NCBI GenBank assembly: GCA_009103225.1
Contig: RHPI01000273.1
Span: 1 to 64,000 of the forward strand
Origin: Chlorokybus atmophyticus
Taxonomy: Eukaryota; Plantae; Mesostigma and Chlorokybus algae
Length of the DNA: 64,000 nt
Direction of reading: 5' to 3'
Within the stretch, counting starts at the first letter, position 1; each line of letters starts with the position of its first letter. Position numbers and translations under genes: made by a program. Shown piece after piece: positions 35,600 through 46,456 of this stretch. Below the pieces are notes generated by a model. It did not search any database. It was not told where the DNA came from and saw nothing but the letters and a program-made list of their open reading frames with translations.

Positions 35600-37444
35600 G
35601 CCTCATTTTCGTTTTCGCGCCTCGTACACTAGGGCGGGCCACCTGGCGGCGGCAGCGTTGGATGCGGCAGCGCCACCATTAGCTAAGCAGGCGGCACCCG
35701 ACTATCAGTTAGAGAGGTGCCTCGTGGTCCATCTGCAGGTGCACCTCGTCGTGGAGGTCGGCGCTATCAGTCCACATTGCCCCAAGTGTTCAACCAGGCA
35801 ACCGTCGCCAATCAGCAGTAGCCACTCTTGGCCAACCAATCGCAGCAAGACCCCGCGCTAACGCCCAGCCCATTACAATAACTCCACCTAACACCGCAGT
35901 CGCAAGGGCAAGGTATAATGCATGCGTTTTTTATGCACTGTGCACGTTGCTTCTTGCTCAACTTCAAAGTTTGATGCTTGCTTCTTTCATGACTGGCACA
36001 GTGACTCACTGCATGCGTTTTGGATACACTGTGCACATTGATCTTGTTGACCTTCTTGCTCAACTGTGAGGGTTGCGTCTTTCAGGGCTCGCAGCATGAG
36101 TCACGTGGTTGTGCTTGCAGAGGGTCGATTGGAACCCCCAAACGCATTTGGCCGTGACGTAGCATCCTCGGCCGTCAGCAACCCTTCCCCAAGCAAGTGG
36201 AATATTGGCAACGAGGTAAGCACTGTGTGTAGCGGATTGTTCTTCTGTGGACAGCATTTGCGAGATGCCGTCATTGACATCATAAACGGCCACTGGGAGA
36301 GAGCCATGTTTATCTCAAAGAGGACACTATTCGTAACGTCGAGTGCTGTGAATGCTTCATGACCTCGCTGCACCATGACATTGATCAACCTGCCCGTGAC
36401 AGGTAGTTGGCTTCGACCATGACGATGAGGCTAATGCGGCCAAGTTATATGAGGCATACTGGACGCCCAAGGAGTGCCCCTTCCATTGGAGTATCGCCTT
36501 GAGAAAGCTACGCAGGTCCAGTCTGAGAACGCCACCAAGATTAAGCATGTCCTTGAGAAGGAGTACAAGTGGACACTGTTTAACAGCAACAAGCGCAAGT
36601 GAGTTGGGTCCCTCACCACCATGTCTGCTATGCAACACTGCCTTCTTACTCAGCCTCCATACACACGTACGCATCTCGCCTATCGTAACCGATTCAATCA
36701 GGCACATCGACGCCCTAATGGACCCCGAGACCCAAAAAGCCCAGTTGCGCAACGCGCTCCAAAGTACGTCACGTACACTATTCTAGCCCAATGCAGGCTC
36801 AACTTGAACTATTTATGATGTGACTAATGCCTTGTTGGTATGACTCTCGCAGACAAGTCATGGCGGCAATTTGAGGTGACCAACAATGCAGACCCGGAGC
36901 GGAGGAGATACATCCATTAATGGGGCAATCCCATAGTGTGGCAAATGATCGTGCAATGCTGGTCTTATGCCGCCATTACACCTGGTCGCCGGCAGCGGAC
37001 AGTTAACCACCTCGCATACCTGTTGCTTACGGTGAGCTCTCTGAACTCAATCACTGGCAATTCAGGAATGCTGTAGCCCCAAACTACAGGCTTGCAGACG
37101 CGCTGCAGTGATTAGTGGCTTGCAATGCCAATAAGACATGCCTGTAAACTACGCAAGTGGAGCGCATCCTAGAGGGCAAGGATGGAGACCCTCTCCTAGC
37201 TGCCAGCATTGACACACATGAAGTGTACCTCAGCGAAGTTAACACCATGTTTATATCAATGAAGCGGGAGACGAGGCGACGCAGCCCTGCAGCCAGTCAC
37301 CTTGTGAAACGCCGCACTGCATCTTGTGTCGAATACCTGAAAGATCCCAATCGGCGCCGGCCGCAAGGAACGTCTGCTCGTGACCCGCTCGCCGAGGCAG
37401 AAGCGGCATTTTTGGCTGGCGCAACCGTTTGGGAAGGAGGATGA
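35600..37444 (+). pseudogene. Unknown multi-exon gene remnant, divergent from the split gene
   Basis: Exon-like segments ANAAKLYEAYWTPKEC/PLPLEYRLEKATQVQSENATKIKHVLEKEYKWTLFNSNKR|gtgagt, HIDALMDPETQKAQLRNALQ and ERILEGKDGDPLLAASIDTHEVYLSEVNTMFISMKRETRRR... No family recognised. Confidence 0.35.
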
Positions 37445-37899
37445 GCAAGTTCCGGCGTCTCCTCCACAGGCCCCAGCGCGTGCTTTGTTCCATGATGACG
37501 AGCAAAGCGATGATAGAGAGGAGCTGTAGCGCATTTGGTAGTCCGTTTAGCTGATAGTGTACACAGCTGCAAGGCTCTTGTGACTGCGTGTTGTGCATCT
37601 TAAACTAGCTCAGTCAATCGTCATTATGCTCATGCATGTCAATGCTTGCATCTCTATAATATACAACAGAACTGCGTTCAAGTCACATAATCAAACTACA
37701 AGCCTTGGCAAGTGACTGAGAGACACTGTACACATTTCAGGTACATGTACACAGCACAGGCACATAACGATGCTAGCAGTCAATGACAGTCGCATGTAGT
37801 CAAGCTATGCAAATACATATAACGACAGTTAGGCATTTGTCACCTTCAGTTGCTTAAAGAAAGCTTTATTTATCGATAATTACCTAATTGGTGCTTGTG

Positions 37900-38232
37900 A
37901 ATTAGGCTCAGTCGCCTCCCGCGCTGGACTGGTGTGTAACCTACAGGTGCCTGTCACTTAGACTGAGTCACCTTATGACTGATGTGTAATTTGCAAGTGC
38001 CCGCTAATTAGGTGTAGTCACCTGATAAAGCCTGATGTGTAACTTACAGGTGCCCGTTAATTAGTTGTAGTCACCTGTCAAGGCCTAATAAGTAACTGAC
38101 TGTTGATTAGGCATAGTCACCTGTTAAGGCCTGATAAGTAACTAACAGGTGCCTGTTAATTAGGCATAGTCAACTGTTAAAGACTGAATCGTACCGGAAA
38201 AAAGCCTGATAGTAACGAATGTTACTATCAGG
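37900..38232. repeat. Degenerate ~52-bp tandem array (5-6 units) ending in a 12-bp-arm hairpin
   Basis: Unit approximately AATTAGG(T/C)(G/A)TAGTCACCTG.TAA(A/G)GCCTGAT..GTAACT.ACAGGTGCC.GTT. Hairpin CCTGATAGTAAC-gaat-GTTACTATCAGG at 38205-38232. Confidence 0.85.
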
Positions 38233-38272
38233 TCCTTGTATCGGGATTACAGGTGGACTAAGCCACGACGGT

Positions 38273-39900
38273 CTAAATAAGAATCTTCAGGTGCACGGCC
38301 GTTGCCAATATTTGGTCGACGGACAGGAGAAACATTTTGCGACGAGGTGGCCTACAACGCCACGTTGAAAACACTTGCTCGCCTTTACGTACTCGCCTGG
38401 CTGGGTCTTGGACAAGTTGGGCGACTTTTTCGCTATCAAACTTGCGGTTCGGGCTTTGCTTTTGTTCGGCTTCGGACTTGGCGTGGTTACCGTGACAATC
38501 GCATGTCATGCCTTGGCCTTTGACCTCTTTTGCCGGCGTGGATTGTTACAACCCCCGTTCTCACGATTATATTTTAAAGTCGCAACCTCCAGGGCCTTGC
38601 ACTTTTGTCAGTTTTGCGAAAGCCTATCAATCTTCGCTTTAGTCGTCATCATTTTTTGAAAGGAACCTTTATCCCAATAAAAGCCCGTTGATTGAAATTT
38701 AATCATCTTCGGATGATGGAGGAGTTTGGGGATTCAACTTTTTGTAAAACCGATAGGCGCGGTCATAGAGCTGAAGTGGGCGGTTGTGGTTTAGAGCTGT
38801 GGCCGTCAGTAATCTAATCTTTTGGATGTACTCGGCAATTGTTATCTTGTCGGTGTAAACTAATTCAACTTCTGCAAAGCTTCGCGACCTGGGTCCACCG
38901 ATTAGCAATGTTCGAACATCATCACCTTAAATGTCTCCACCGTCCAATCCTCGACTTCTCATAGTCATGCCACAGTTGAAGTCCCTTAGCATTGATTCAT
39001 GTTCCCACCATTTGCAGCTTTTCCGCCGAAGCCCGTCTCGATACAAAGTAAGTCTCGAGCAAACACCAAACAGTTTTGATCGTGTCTTTTGAAGGTTTAC
39101 ACCAATTCAGGAGTAATTATCAGCCGACTCAGGCTTTTATACCCTCTTTGCACGGTTTTAAACCTTTTCTTTAACTCGTGTGCTTGAGTTATAAACTTAT
39201 GCGATTGAGTCATATCTTGGAGCCGAACTCTGAGTGATATTACAACCACATTACTCTTATTTGACCACTAGCAAACCCATCAGACCATGCGCAAAATTGC
39301 CTTTCTGACTCTTGATGAGCACATTGAACAATTCTTAGTTGTTCACATCCAACTGACCAAAACCCTCTAGTAAGGAGATTTTCTCCACGTTCGTGAGCTG
39401 GCCCTTTTAGATATCCGTCATGGCCGGGGTTTGCGGCGTTCGAAATGACTAATCGGGTCCGATAACCAACGCCATCAGTAAAGAGGCGCATGGCCCATTG
39501 GCGGACTCAGTTCCGGAGGACTCCTAAAAAGTATCCGCCTGAACTATCAGTTGGGGGTGCTTTATGTTCATCGAGCGAGGGACGTCATCGTCCGAAGATG
39601 ACTCTTCGCTCGTCGATAATATTTCAAGAAATATCAAGCGATTCATTGACTTTTCGGGTGAATGGGGCTGTCGGTTGGTTTCCGAATTAGCCAATGTATC
39701 CGTGTTTAAAACATATCCCTTATTCAGCCTCCGTTGAACTTCATCAACCTCTCCCTTGGGCTCAAAGTCGGGGGTGCCGTCGGCTTGGGCATGTTTCCGT
39801 AGCTGTAGAAGCGTGAAGATATGTTGGTTCTTAAGAATGAAATCGAGCTCCGAGTGCAATGCAACGGAGGCCGTTTTTCTTTATTTATCAAGTGTTTTAC
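38273..39900 (-). mobile_element. Highly eroded LTR-retrotransposon gag remnant (AT-shifted, many stops)
   Basis: DWTVETFKVMMFEHC..DPGREALQKLN / TIAEYIQKIRLL...YDRAYRFYKKLNP resembles a retrotransposon gag. A degenerate knuckle reads KCFQRGVVGHLVAKC near 38330-38380. Confidence 0.55.
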
Positions 39901-41369
39901 TTAATGGATCCGATCTCAGCGATCTCACACGGACTTAGCGCAATTTAATTCAAGCCAAGTGTTTATGCTTAGCGGTTCTTGAAACTCGCGACTTTGCGAA
40001 TATAGTCAATGCGTCACTGACCGATTCAACTTGTTGATTCACTTAATGCATTCAATGACTATCACTCAAAACTTGCGAAGGAATGACGCCTTTCATATTT
40101 CCAAGTGCGAGACGGCGCTTCGCCACCCGAGAGTGTCGGCAGCAAGGGAGATCAAAAACCCTACCCAAGCTCCGTTTACCTGCCCAACGTCGATCAAGTT
40201 GAATCCGACTATGGGGCGTGTATTCGCGTCTCCACGAATCCGCATGTCTTTCATGATTGGCTAAATCCCAAATGCGAGCATGGGAAGCTAGCAAATCTGG
40301 TGCGAGTATGCGCCGCTAAAAAGCTAGCCAGTGCCTTAATGATTTTCGCGACAATTCGCTTGACGGGGGGTACTTAGGATAATAGCGACTTTGCGAAATC
40401 CTCCACGCCTAAAGTCTTAGGGGTATTTTCCTGCGAATAGATTAAGTGCTCGAGACCATTTGGCCCTGACATAATTGACTCCGGGGAGCGTACAACGGCG
40501 TTGTACGCTAACCTCAGGTGGCTCTCACCGCGGCTTCCCCCATCACCGCAAAAGGAATCGGATTCCGTAAAACCTCAAAACTAAAGTAGTGATTTTGTTT
40601 ATCTATCACTACCCCTTGAGTTCCACTGTAGACCTTCACCTAATTTGCCGTATTTTTGCGGACGGAACACCTACCTCATCGCATTCATTTTTCAAGGACA
40701 TGATTGGCACGCGGAAGGTTGCTCCCAAGTGCAGATGCTACAGCATCCACACACGCTGAGAACCAATTACTCACGATAAATACTTAGTACTAGGTAGTGT
40801 AAGGATTATCTACATCCATAAAAGGTCTCCACTTCTGGATTTTGTCCCTCACAAGTCTGTCCTTGCCCACCCCTCACTTCAACTCACTCACGAAATTCCT
40901 CACGAGACGATCGAAGCCTAGTGATTTCGCAGACATTATTGGTCTGCCAATCGCATCATGATTTAATGGGCTCGCCGGAGGACTAAGAAGTTGATTTGGT
41001 TTGTGATTCTCAGCGGGCTAATGGAGAAGTAACCATAAGACAACTCTCCCATCCTTAAACATGCAAATGCGAACTTGCAAATGCAAGCTGCTGCTTCTCG
41101 CAACAACACGGGCAAGTTACCAACTGCCCACTGCAACACTTAAAGCAAACTACGGCGTACAAACTACCGAGTGTTTTGTTCAAGCCATTGTCTACCAACG
41201 CGATAGTATCATCTTGGGTTAATACTATTCGCGATACATGAACCTTCGTAGTATTCGTAGTGAGACACGTCCGAGGGGCTATGGCTATGGGAGGGGGTGC
41301 GGTCGAACAAGTCGCGGGCCTGCTTTGCGCACTGGAACTAGGAGTAGTGCAAAACAGATGCGACATGGC

Positions 41370-43919
41370 AATTCAGGGACTTTGTGGACCGTGATATGCT
41401 GCATTACCTGGGGTTGTTCTGCTAAGTGCGCGCCCAGATCTGGGATCTGCGCTTGGCCAGCTGGAAGGGGTTGGGCCTTCTTCTTTTTGCGCGGGATCGA
41501 TTCTACCATCAAAGGGTGATGACCATGCACCTGGCAAACCTCCAAACTATGCCGCATGACCTCTTGTCCATGCTACAAGCAGGCGGCTTTGCTCTCAGCC
41601 TCACTGGCGCTTCTGGGCGCCTGGTGGCGCTGGACAAGGCTCATGAGTGTCAAGTTAATTGTGACATGAAGATGTCACTCTGCAGGCCCACTCCCGAGTA
41701 CCTACGCCAGAAGTCGCTGTACCTTGGTGAACGCAGTCAGTCGCACAAGCAATTAAAGCGTCAGCTCATATTGGACATGACTGTTGATCACACCGACATG
41801 GATGATGATGCAGACAACGACCCGAACCGCTTCCAACGCAACCTCAAGGCGGATGAATCCAAGTGTAGTGCAAACATCATGCACATGATGGAACTGCTCA
41901 GGAACTGCAACGCACTCGACATGCCACATGCAATCATCATTTCATGCACCTCACAACGGGGTTAGCAGCGATTATAGCTGCCAATGCAGACCTCACGCGG
42001 CATCATCAAGTGGGGATGGAAGCAATGAAGGCTTTTGTGGAGGGTGAGATCTGCAGAGAAGCACCCTCGACTAAAATCAGCAGGTGTTTCAACCTCAGGA
42101 CAATGGCACCTGCAAAGAAGAGGATGTCCAAGCAGGCTACAGTGCTTAAACAATACAGACAAGAGATGTTGGTTGCCAAAAAAAACGATTAGCAGTCAAC
42201 GAAGCTGACAGAGATGTGGTTACCGCACGCTACTGTGCGCACCAGTTGACCTTAACTGCTTGAGTTGTGCGTCACCTCGTGGTGTGGAATGCATCATCTT
42301 AGAGGGCATGTTTCTGATAAACCAGGAGTGTCAGTTGGCACAAGGCACTATCAAGGACTACATTGTCCATGTTATGAGAACAGCTGTGATTCCACATCTC
42401 GCCAACCCAACGGTCCAGAGTGTCCACATTGTCTTTGACACCCCTCGTCTGCAAACTAGAGTCAAGTCGTCATTGCAGCGCGCACGTGACGGAGCCGCTA
42501 CAGCGTTCGGCGGATAATCTGACTCTTAAATGGGAGCTGCTAAGATCGTGGCGAGACATAAAAGATCGCCGCCTTAAGCGTTCTCTGTGCGCGCTCATGC
42601 AGCGGTACCTGCCTGGCATGTTGTCTGCGCACCTGCGCCCAAACCAAGAGGTGGTGATTGCAAGCGGCTCACACTCGGAGGATGTTGGCGACTTGGCGTC
42701 GGTGGTGTACCAATAGGGCAGGTCATTCTGCAGAGTACACAGTAGATGAGTATGTGTGCAACCATGGCGAAGCGGACTCAAGAGTATGGGTGCATGCCAA
42801 CCGACCGCCCTACAATAACATCATCATCTACTACTCACCTGACACAGATGTAATAATGATCGGGTTGGCAATTACTGAGATGTGGGACTCTCCCATGAAG
42901 GATGTCACTATCCAGCTCGCGCAAAACTCGCGGGTCCACCAGGCCTCCTTTTGTCAACATAAATGAGCTGCGCCTGCATGTGACGATTACCCATCAGTTG
43001 CACTCATTGCGGTCCTCCTCAAAATGCTGGCTGCTGCTTGTGTACGCCGCCAGTGGATGCGACTACACATCGTTTGTGGGTAGTATCACGAAGCAGTTCA
43101 TATGGCGGACGGTGCTGGCACAGCATACCGAATTTATCATCGGCAGCATTAGCGACGCAGAACGAGGAGATGTGTTGCTTCATGTTGCGACTTGTCGGGT
43201 GCTCGTACTTCGAGAAATACCGCTCCTCTTTGGACAGCGGTACACCAGCCTCTCTATTCTTCAAGCTTCACGGTGGTAGCGCACCTACAAGTGACAGACT
43301 GTTGCTGGCAGCATGGCTAGATGCGATTCACAAGACTATCTAAAATAAGACTGCCACACCAAGGGACACAATGCCAACCGTTGACGCGTTGTGGCTGCAT
43401 GCAATGCGTGCAGTGTATGCGGTGCAGATGTGGATGCAAAGCTGCACTACCGACATGACATTCCCTGACTTGTGTGACTACGCTTTTCAAGAACAGGATG
43501 GTGTGTGGGTGGCCGTGCAGGACCTACCTGAGAACATTGCAGCGGCGTGCAGTCGGCGCACCCTGCTCATGAAGGGCTGCGGTTGCAAGCGTGGTTGCTC
43601 CACAAAGCGGTGCAAGTGCCACACGGGAGGGCAGTCCTGCAGCGATGCGTGCTTCTGTCTGGGTTGCGACAACCACGTCGACCATGCATCAAGTGCACAA
43701 GCAGTCAACGACCACGACGCGCCAATGGGGCAGAGTCAGGTGCCAGTGCAGCTGCATGAGGACATCAACTACGACAGTCTTAAGTCAGAGACGGATGACT
43801 TAGATGTTAAGGATCTCACTCACATGCAGTCCGACGACTTTTCAGGGAATCAATCATACCCTGGCACCGACGACAACTTTGCATGTACCTTGAACACTTT
43901 TAGGGTTACGAGCACATGA
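41370..43919 (+). mobile_element. Academ-type (AcademX-like) transposase pseudogene: transposase C-terminal part + XPG/FEN1-like nuclease + Cys8/Tesmin-like CXC; apparently intronless and 5' truncated
   Basis: W.F.DFV..D...Y...F..VR...WDLRLAS.K....LLFARDR..HQR...HL...VALDKAHE..VN.D.K; ILEGM; VHIVFD; NHGEADSRV; YSPDTDV; ASGCDYTS (H3TH); PTVDALWLHAMRA; GCGCKRGCSTKRCKC..GGQSCSDACFCLGCDN. Confidence 0.72.
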
Positions 43920-45778
43920 TTAGGGTTGCTTACGATCAGTTGCCCGCGTCAAGTATTGTGCAGGGCGGCGGTTGCCGAGTGTGTCCTGGTGTGGGGTCCA
44001 ACATCAACATGGGCGGATCCTCCACGACCTGCAATTTTTGCCATTCATTTGTTGTAAGCAACTTTCAGAGGCAGCGCCTCCACAAACACCAGCTGCAATG
44101 CACGCAGTACAAGCGGATGTACAATTTCACAGCTGCGTGCTGGCACCATCATGCCCAAGGAGTGCACAGTATCGTTTGTCGTGGCAAACACAAATGCACT
44201 TTGCCTAAGTTTTTCAACCAAAAATACGTATGTTTAGAATGTGCATGTGCTACCTTCAAATGGCACGGGCAGCCCATGCGCTATATGCCCTATATACGCC
44301 CTGGCACCCGCCTACCACAGTTCAGTATGAAGCATGCAGCGGTACGTTGAGGTGGAACATGCACCAACCTGCTATAAAAGTGCCCTCCAAGCAGTTCAAC
44401 ACATGTGTTAACCTGCTTAGGTTCAACGCCCTCGCTGTGGCCGTGGCTCCACGCAACCGCTGGCGACGCGCTTAGATGCGCCTAACACTGAGATAGCCCA
44501 GGTGAGTATGCTGTACAACACAGTACTAGGGTGGATTAAGGGCATTAATGTGTGCCCCTGTGCAGCATCCACACACTCACTTGCTTGTATCTGTACCGCT
44601 AAAAGTTTGATTGATAACATCAGAAGCGCCTTGCGTTGCGTCGAGGGCGGCGCTGCGCTGATCGGCTGCACAGTGATGGTGTTTTGGCCAGTAGAACACG
44701 GTGGTTCTCTGGCATTGTATACCACTACAACAGCAGACAAGGTACTTTTTAAGGCCCGTTCCTCCGGCAATGCACACTCTATGTCTGTGTGCAATACACA
44801 CAAAACATATGGTATATGCAGATTGTCACAGCGTGCGCTTCAGCGATGGAGACACACATCACTTGAAAGTGGCATTGCACAATGTTGTAGTTACTTTGGG
44901 GGACGATGGTTGTGCACTCGGTTTCATAGTTGGGGGTCAATGACCGCAAGGCCACACCACCCATCACGTGCTTACTTTTGCGGTCGGCTTCGTCACCTCT
45001 ACTGTCCACACACACTCACACCGACAAGGATGGTTGCCCCCGTCGCCTCAAAGTACTGGATCTATGTTGCGGAGGCGGAGGAGCTTGCATGGGCTTGTAC
45101 CGCGCAGGTTTTATTGTGATTTGAGTTGACATTAACGCCCAGCTAGACTACCCCTTTACTTTTATACAGGCAGATGCAATGCAAGTGGACCTCTCAGGTT
45201 ATGATGTGATTTGGGCTAGCCTTCCTTGCCAAGCCTACGCCAGTTGCATACCTTTTGCTCATTGCAACATGCATCAAGAGCAGTGAAATACAACACCTTG
45301 CTGCCAAACCTGCGAGGGAGGCTGGTAGCCAGCGGGAAGCCGTACGTTATTCAAACATACCATCGGCTGCTCCTCACATAAGTCCAAACATGGTCCTGTG
45401 TGAGACCATGTTGGACTTGCGACCTTCAGACACAGAGTGTTTGAAACACAACCCCTGCTCAGTGTTGAGTTCGTGTGCGACCATGCGGACAGGAGCTTGG
45501 GAACGCTGTCAGGACACCCAACAGTGCAAGCCAAGACCGCAGACTCAGCAAGTACACAGCAGATGTACCCTGTACATGGCAAAGCAGGATGCAGAGGGAG
45601 ACTCACCGGTTGGCAGCTAGCTCTGGGCATAGATTGGATACCGTCTGAGTCCACCCTTGTAGAACGCATCCCCCCTGCCTACGCTGAGTACATAGGGAGG
45701 TGCGTGCTAGAGTCATTAGGGTACACATTGTGCAGCAGTCCGCTATCATGGTCCAGTCACAGCAATGGCTACTTGTGA
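43916..45778 (+). pseudogene. Cys/His-rich domain + Tudor + phage/bacterial-type C5 DNA cytosine methyltransferase, copy 2 (decayed)
   Basis: Cys-rich ORF 43916-44350 is homologous to copy 1. Tudor reads ALIGCTVMVFWPVEH(fs)WFSGIVYHYNSRQ, then an 80-bp phase-1 intron (44742-44821), then DCHSVRFSDGDTHHL. MTase motifs follow: VLDLCCGGGG (I), [13 protein letters not shown] (IV), RHRVFET (VIII), ERIPPAYAEYIGR (X). Confidence 0.8.
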
Positions 45779-46350
45779 GCACAACTAGCACCCTATAGCT
45801 TTATCATCTCGGATTCGCGACAGCAAACAGCACAGAGATATGTACACTGCACATGCATGTCGGCTATACAATGAGATAGCGTGATGTTCCTCGCTACTGA
45901 GGAGTGCATCAAAATAGCGGACGTACCATGACTGGACTGCATGCCTTGTGTTTAGCACGCGCTGGACTGAGCGATATTCTCCTCACTCCCAGGAGCATGA
46001 GCTTGCATCGTGTAGTTGCTGACCTCGCTGATGTCGCCTCCCGGCGCATCTTCTTGCTTTTTATACTTGTTCCTCATGGCGTTGATGATGCGCACCAGGC
46101 ATGTCACCCATGTTGTGAGTCGCAGAACAGTACTTGAGCAACAAAGGCAACAAACGATGTATAGCAGGTAGTGGGATGCCGGTTAAGCATAAACCATAAC
46201 AACATAGTGACAAGGTGCAAGTTGAGCCTCACCTGGCGGTGTAGTGCATGCCACTCCCCACTCTTGACATCAGGCTCTGCTCGCAGGAGAGACTTCATGA
46301 GAGACAACCTGACACTCGAGTAATGCAAATGCGTGTTGCAACGTGCAACA

Positions 46351-46456
46351 TAGTTGGTGAGTGCAGGCTCCTTGCAGGTTGAGTGTGCACTGCGCGCATG
46401 CTGTGCCATGCGCGCAGTGCACACTCAACCTGCAAGGAGCCTGCACTCACCAACTA
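46351..46456. repeat. Perfect inverted repeat, 50-bp arms, 6-nt loop
   Basis: 46351-46400 is the exact reverse complement of 46407-46456; loop CTGTGC. Confidence 0.98.

Noticed and set aside
37900-38190. CRISPR-like array
   Set aside because: The units are contiguous and degenerate with no unique spacers, there are no cas genes, and the context is eukaryotic.
38273-41050. AT-rich block as a viral (NCLDV/Polinton) insertion
   Set aside because: The recognisable pieces are retrotransposon gag and a degenerate CCHC knuckle; no viral hallmark genes were seen.
43897-43927. Telomere-like TTTAGGG/TTAGGG motifs
   Set aside because: Only two separated copies are present, not a tandem array.
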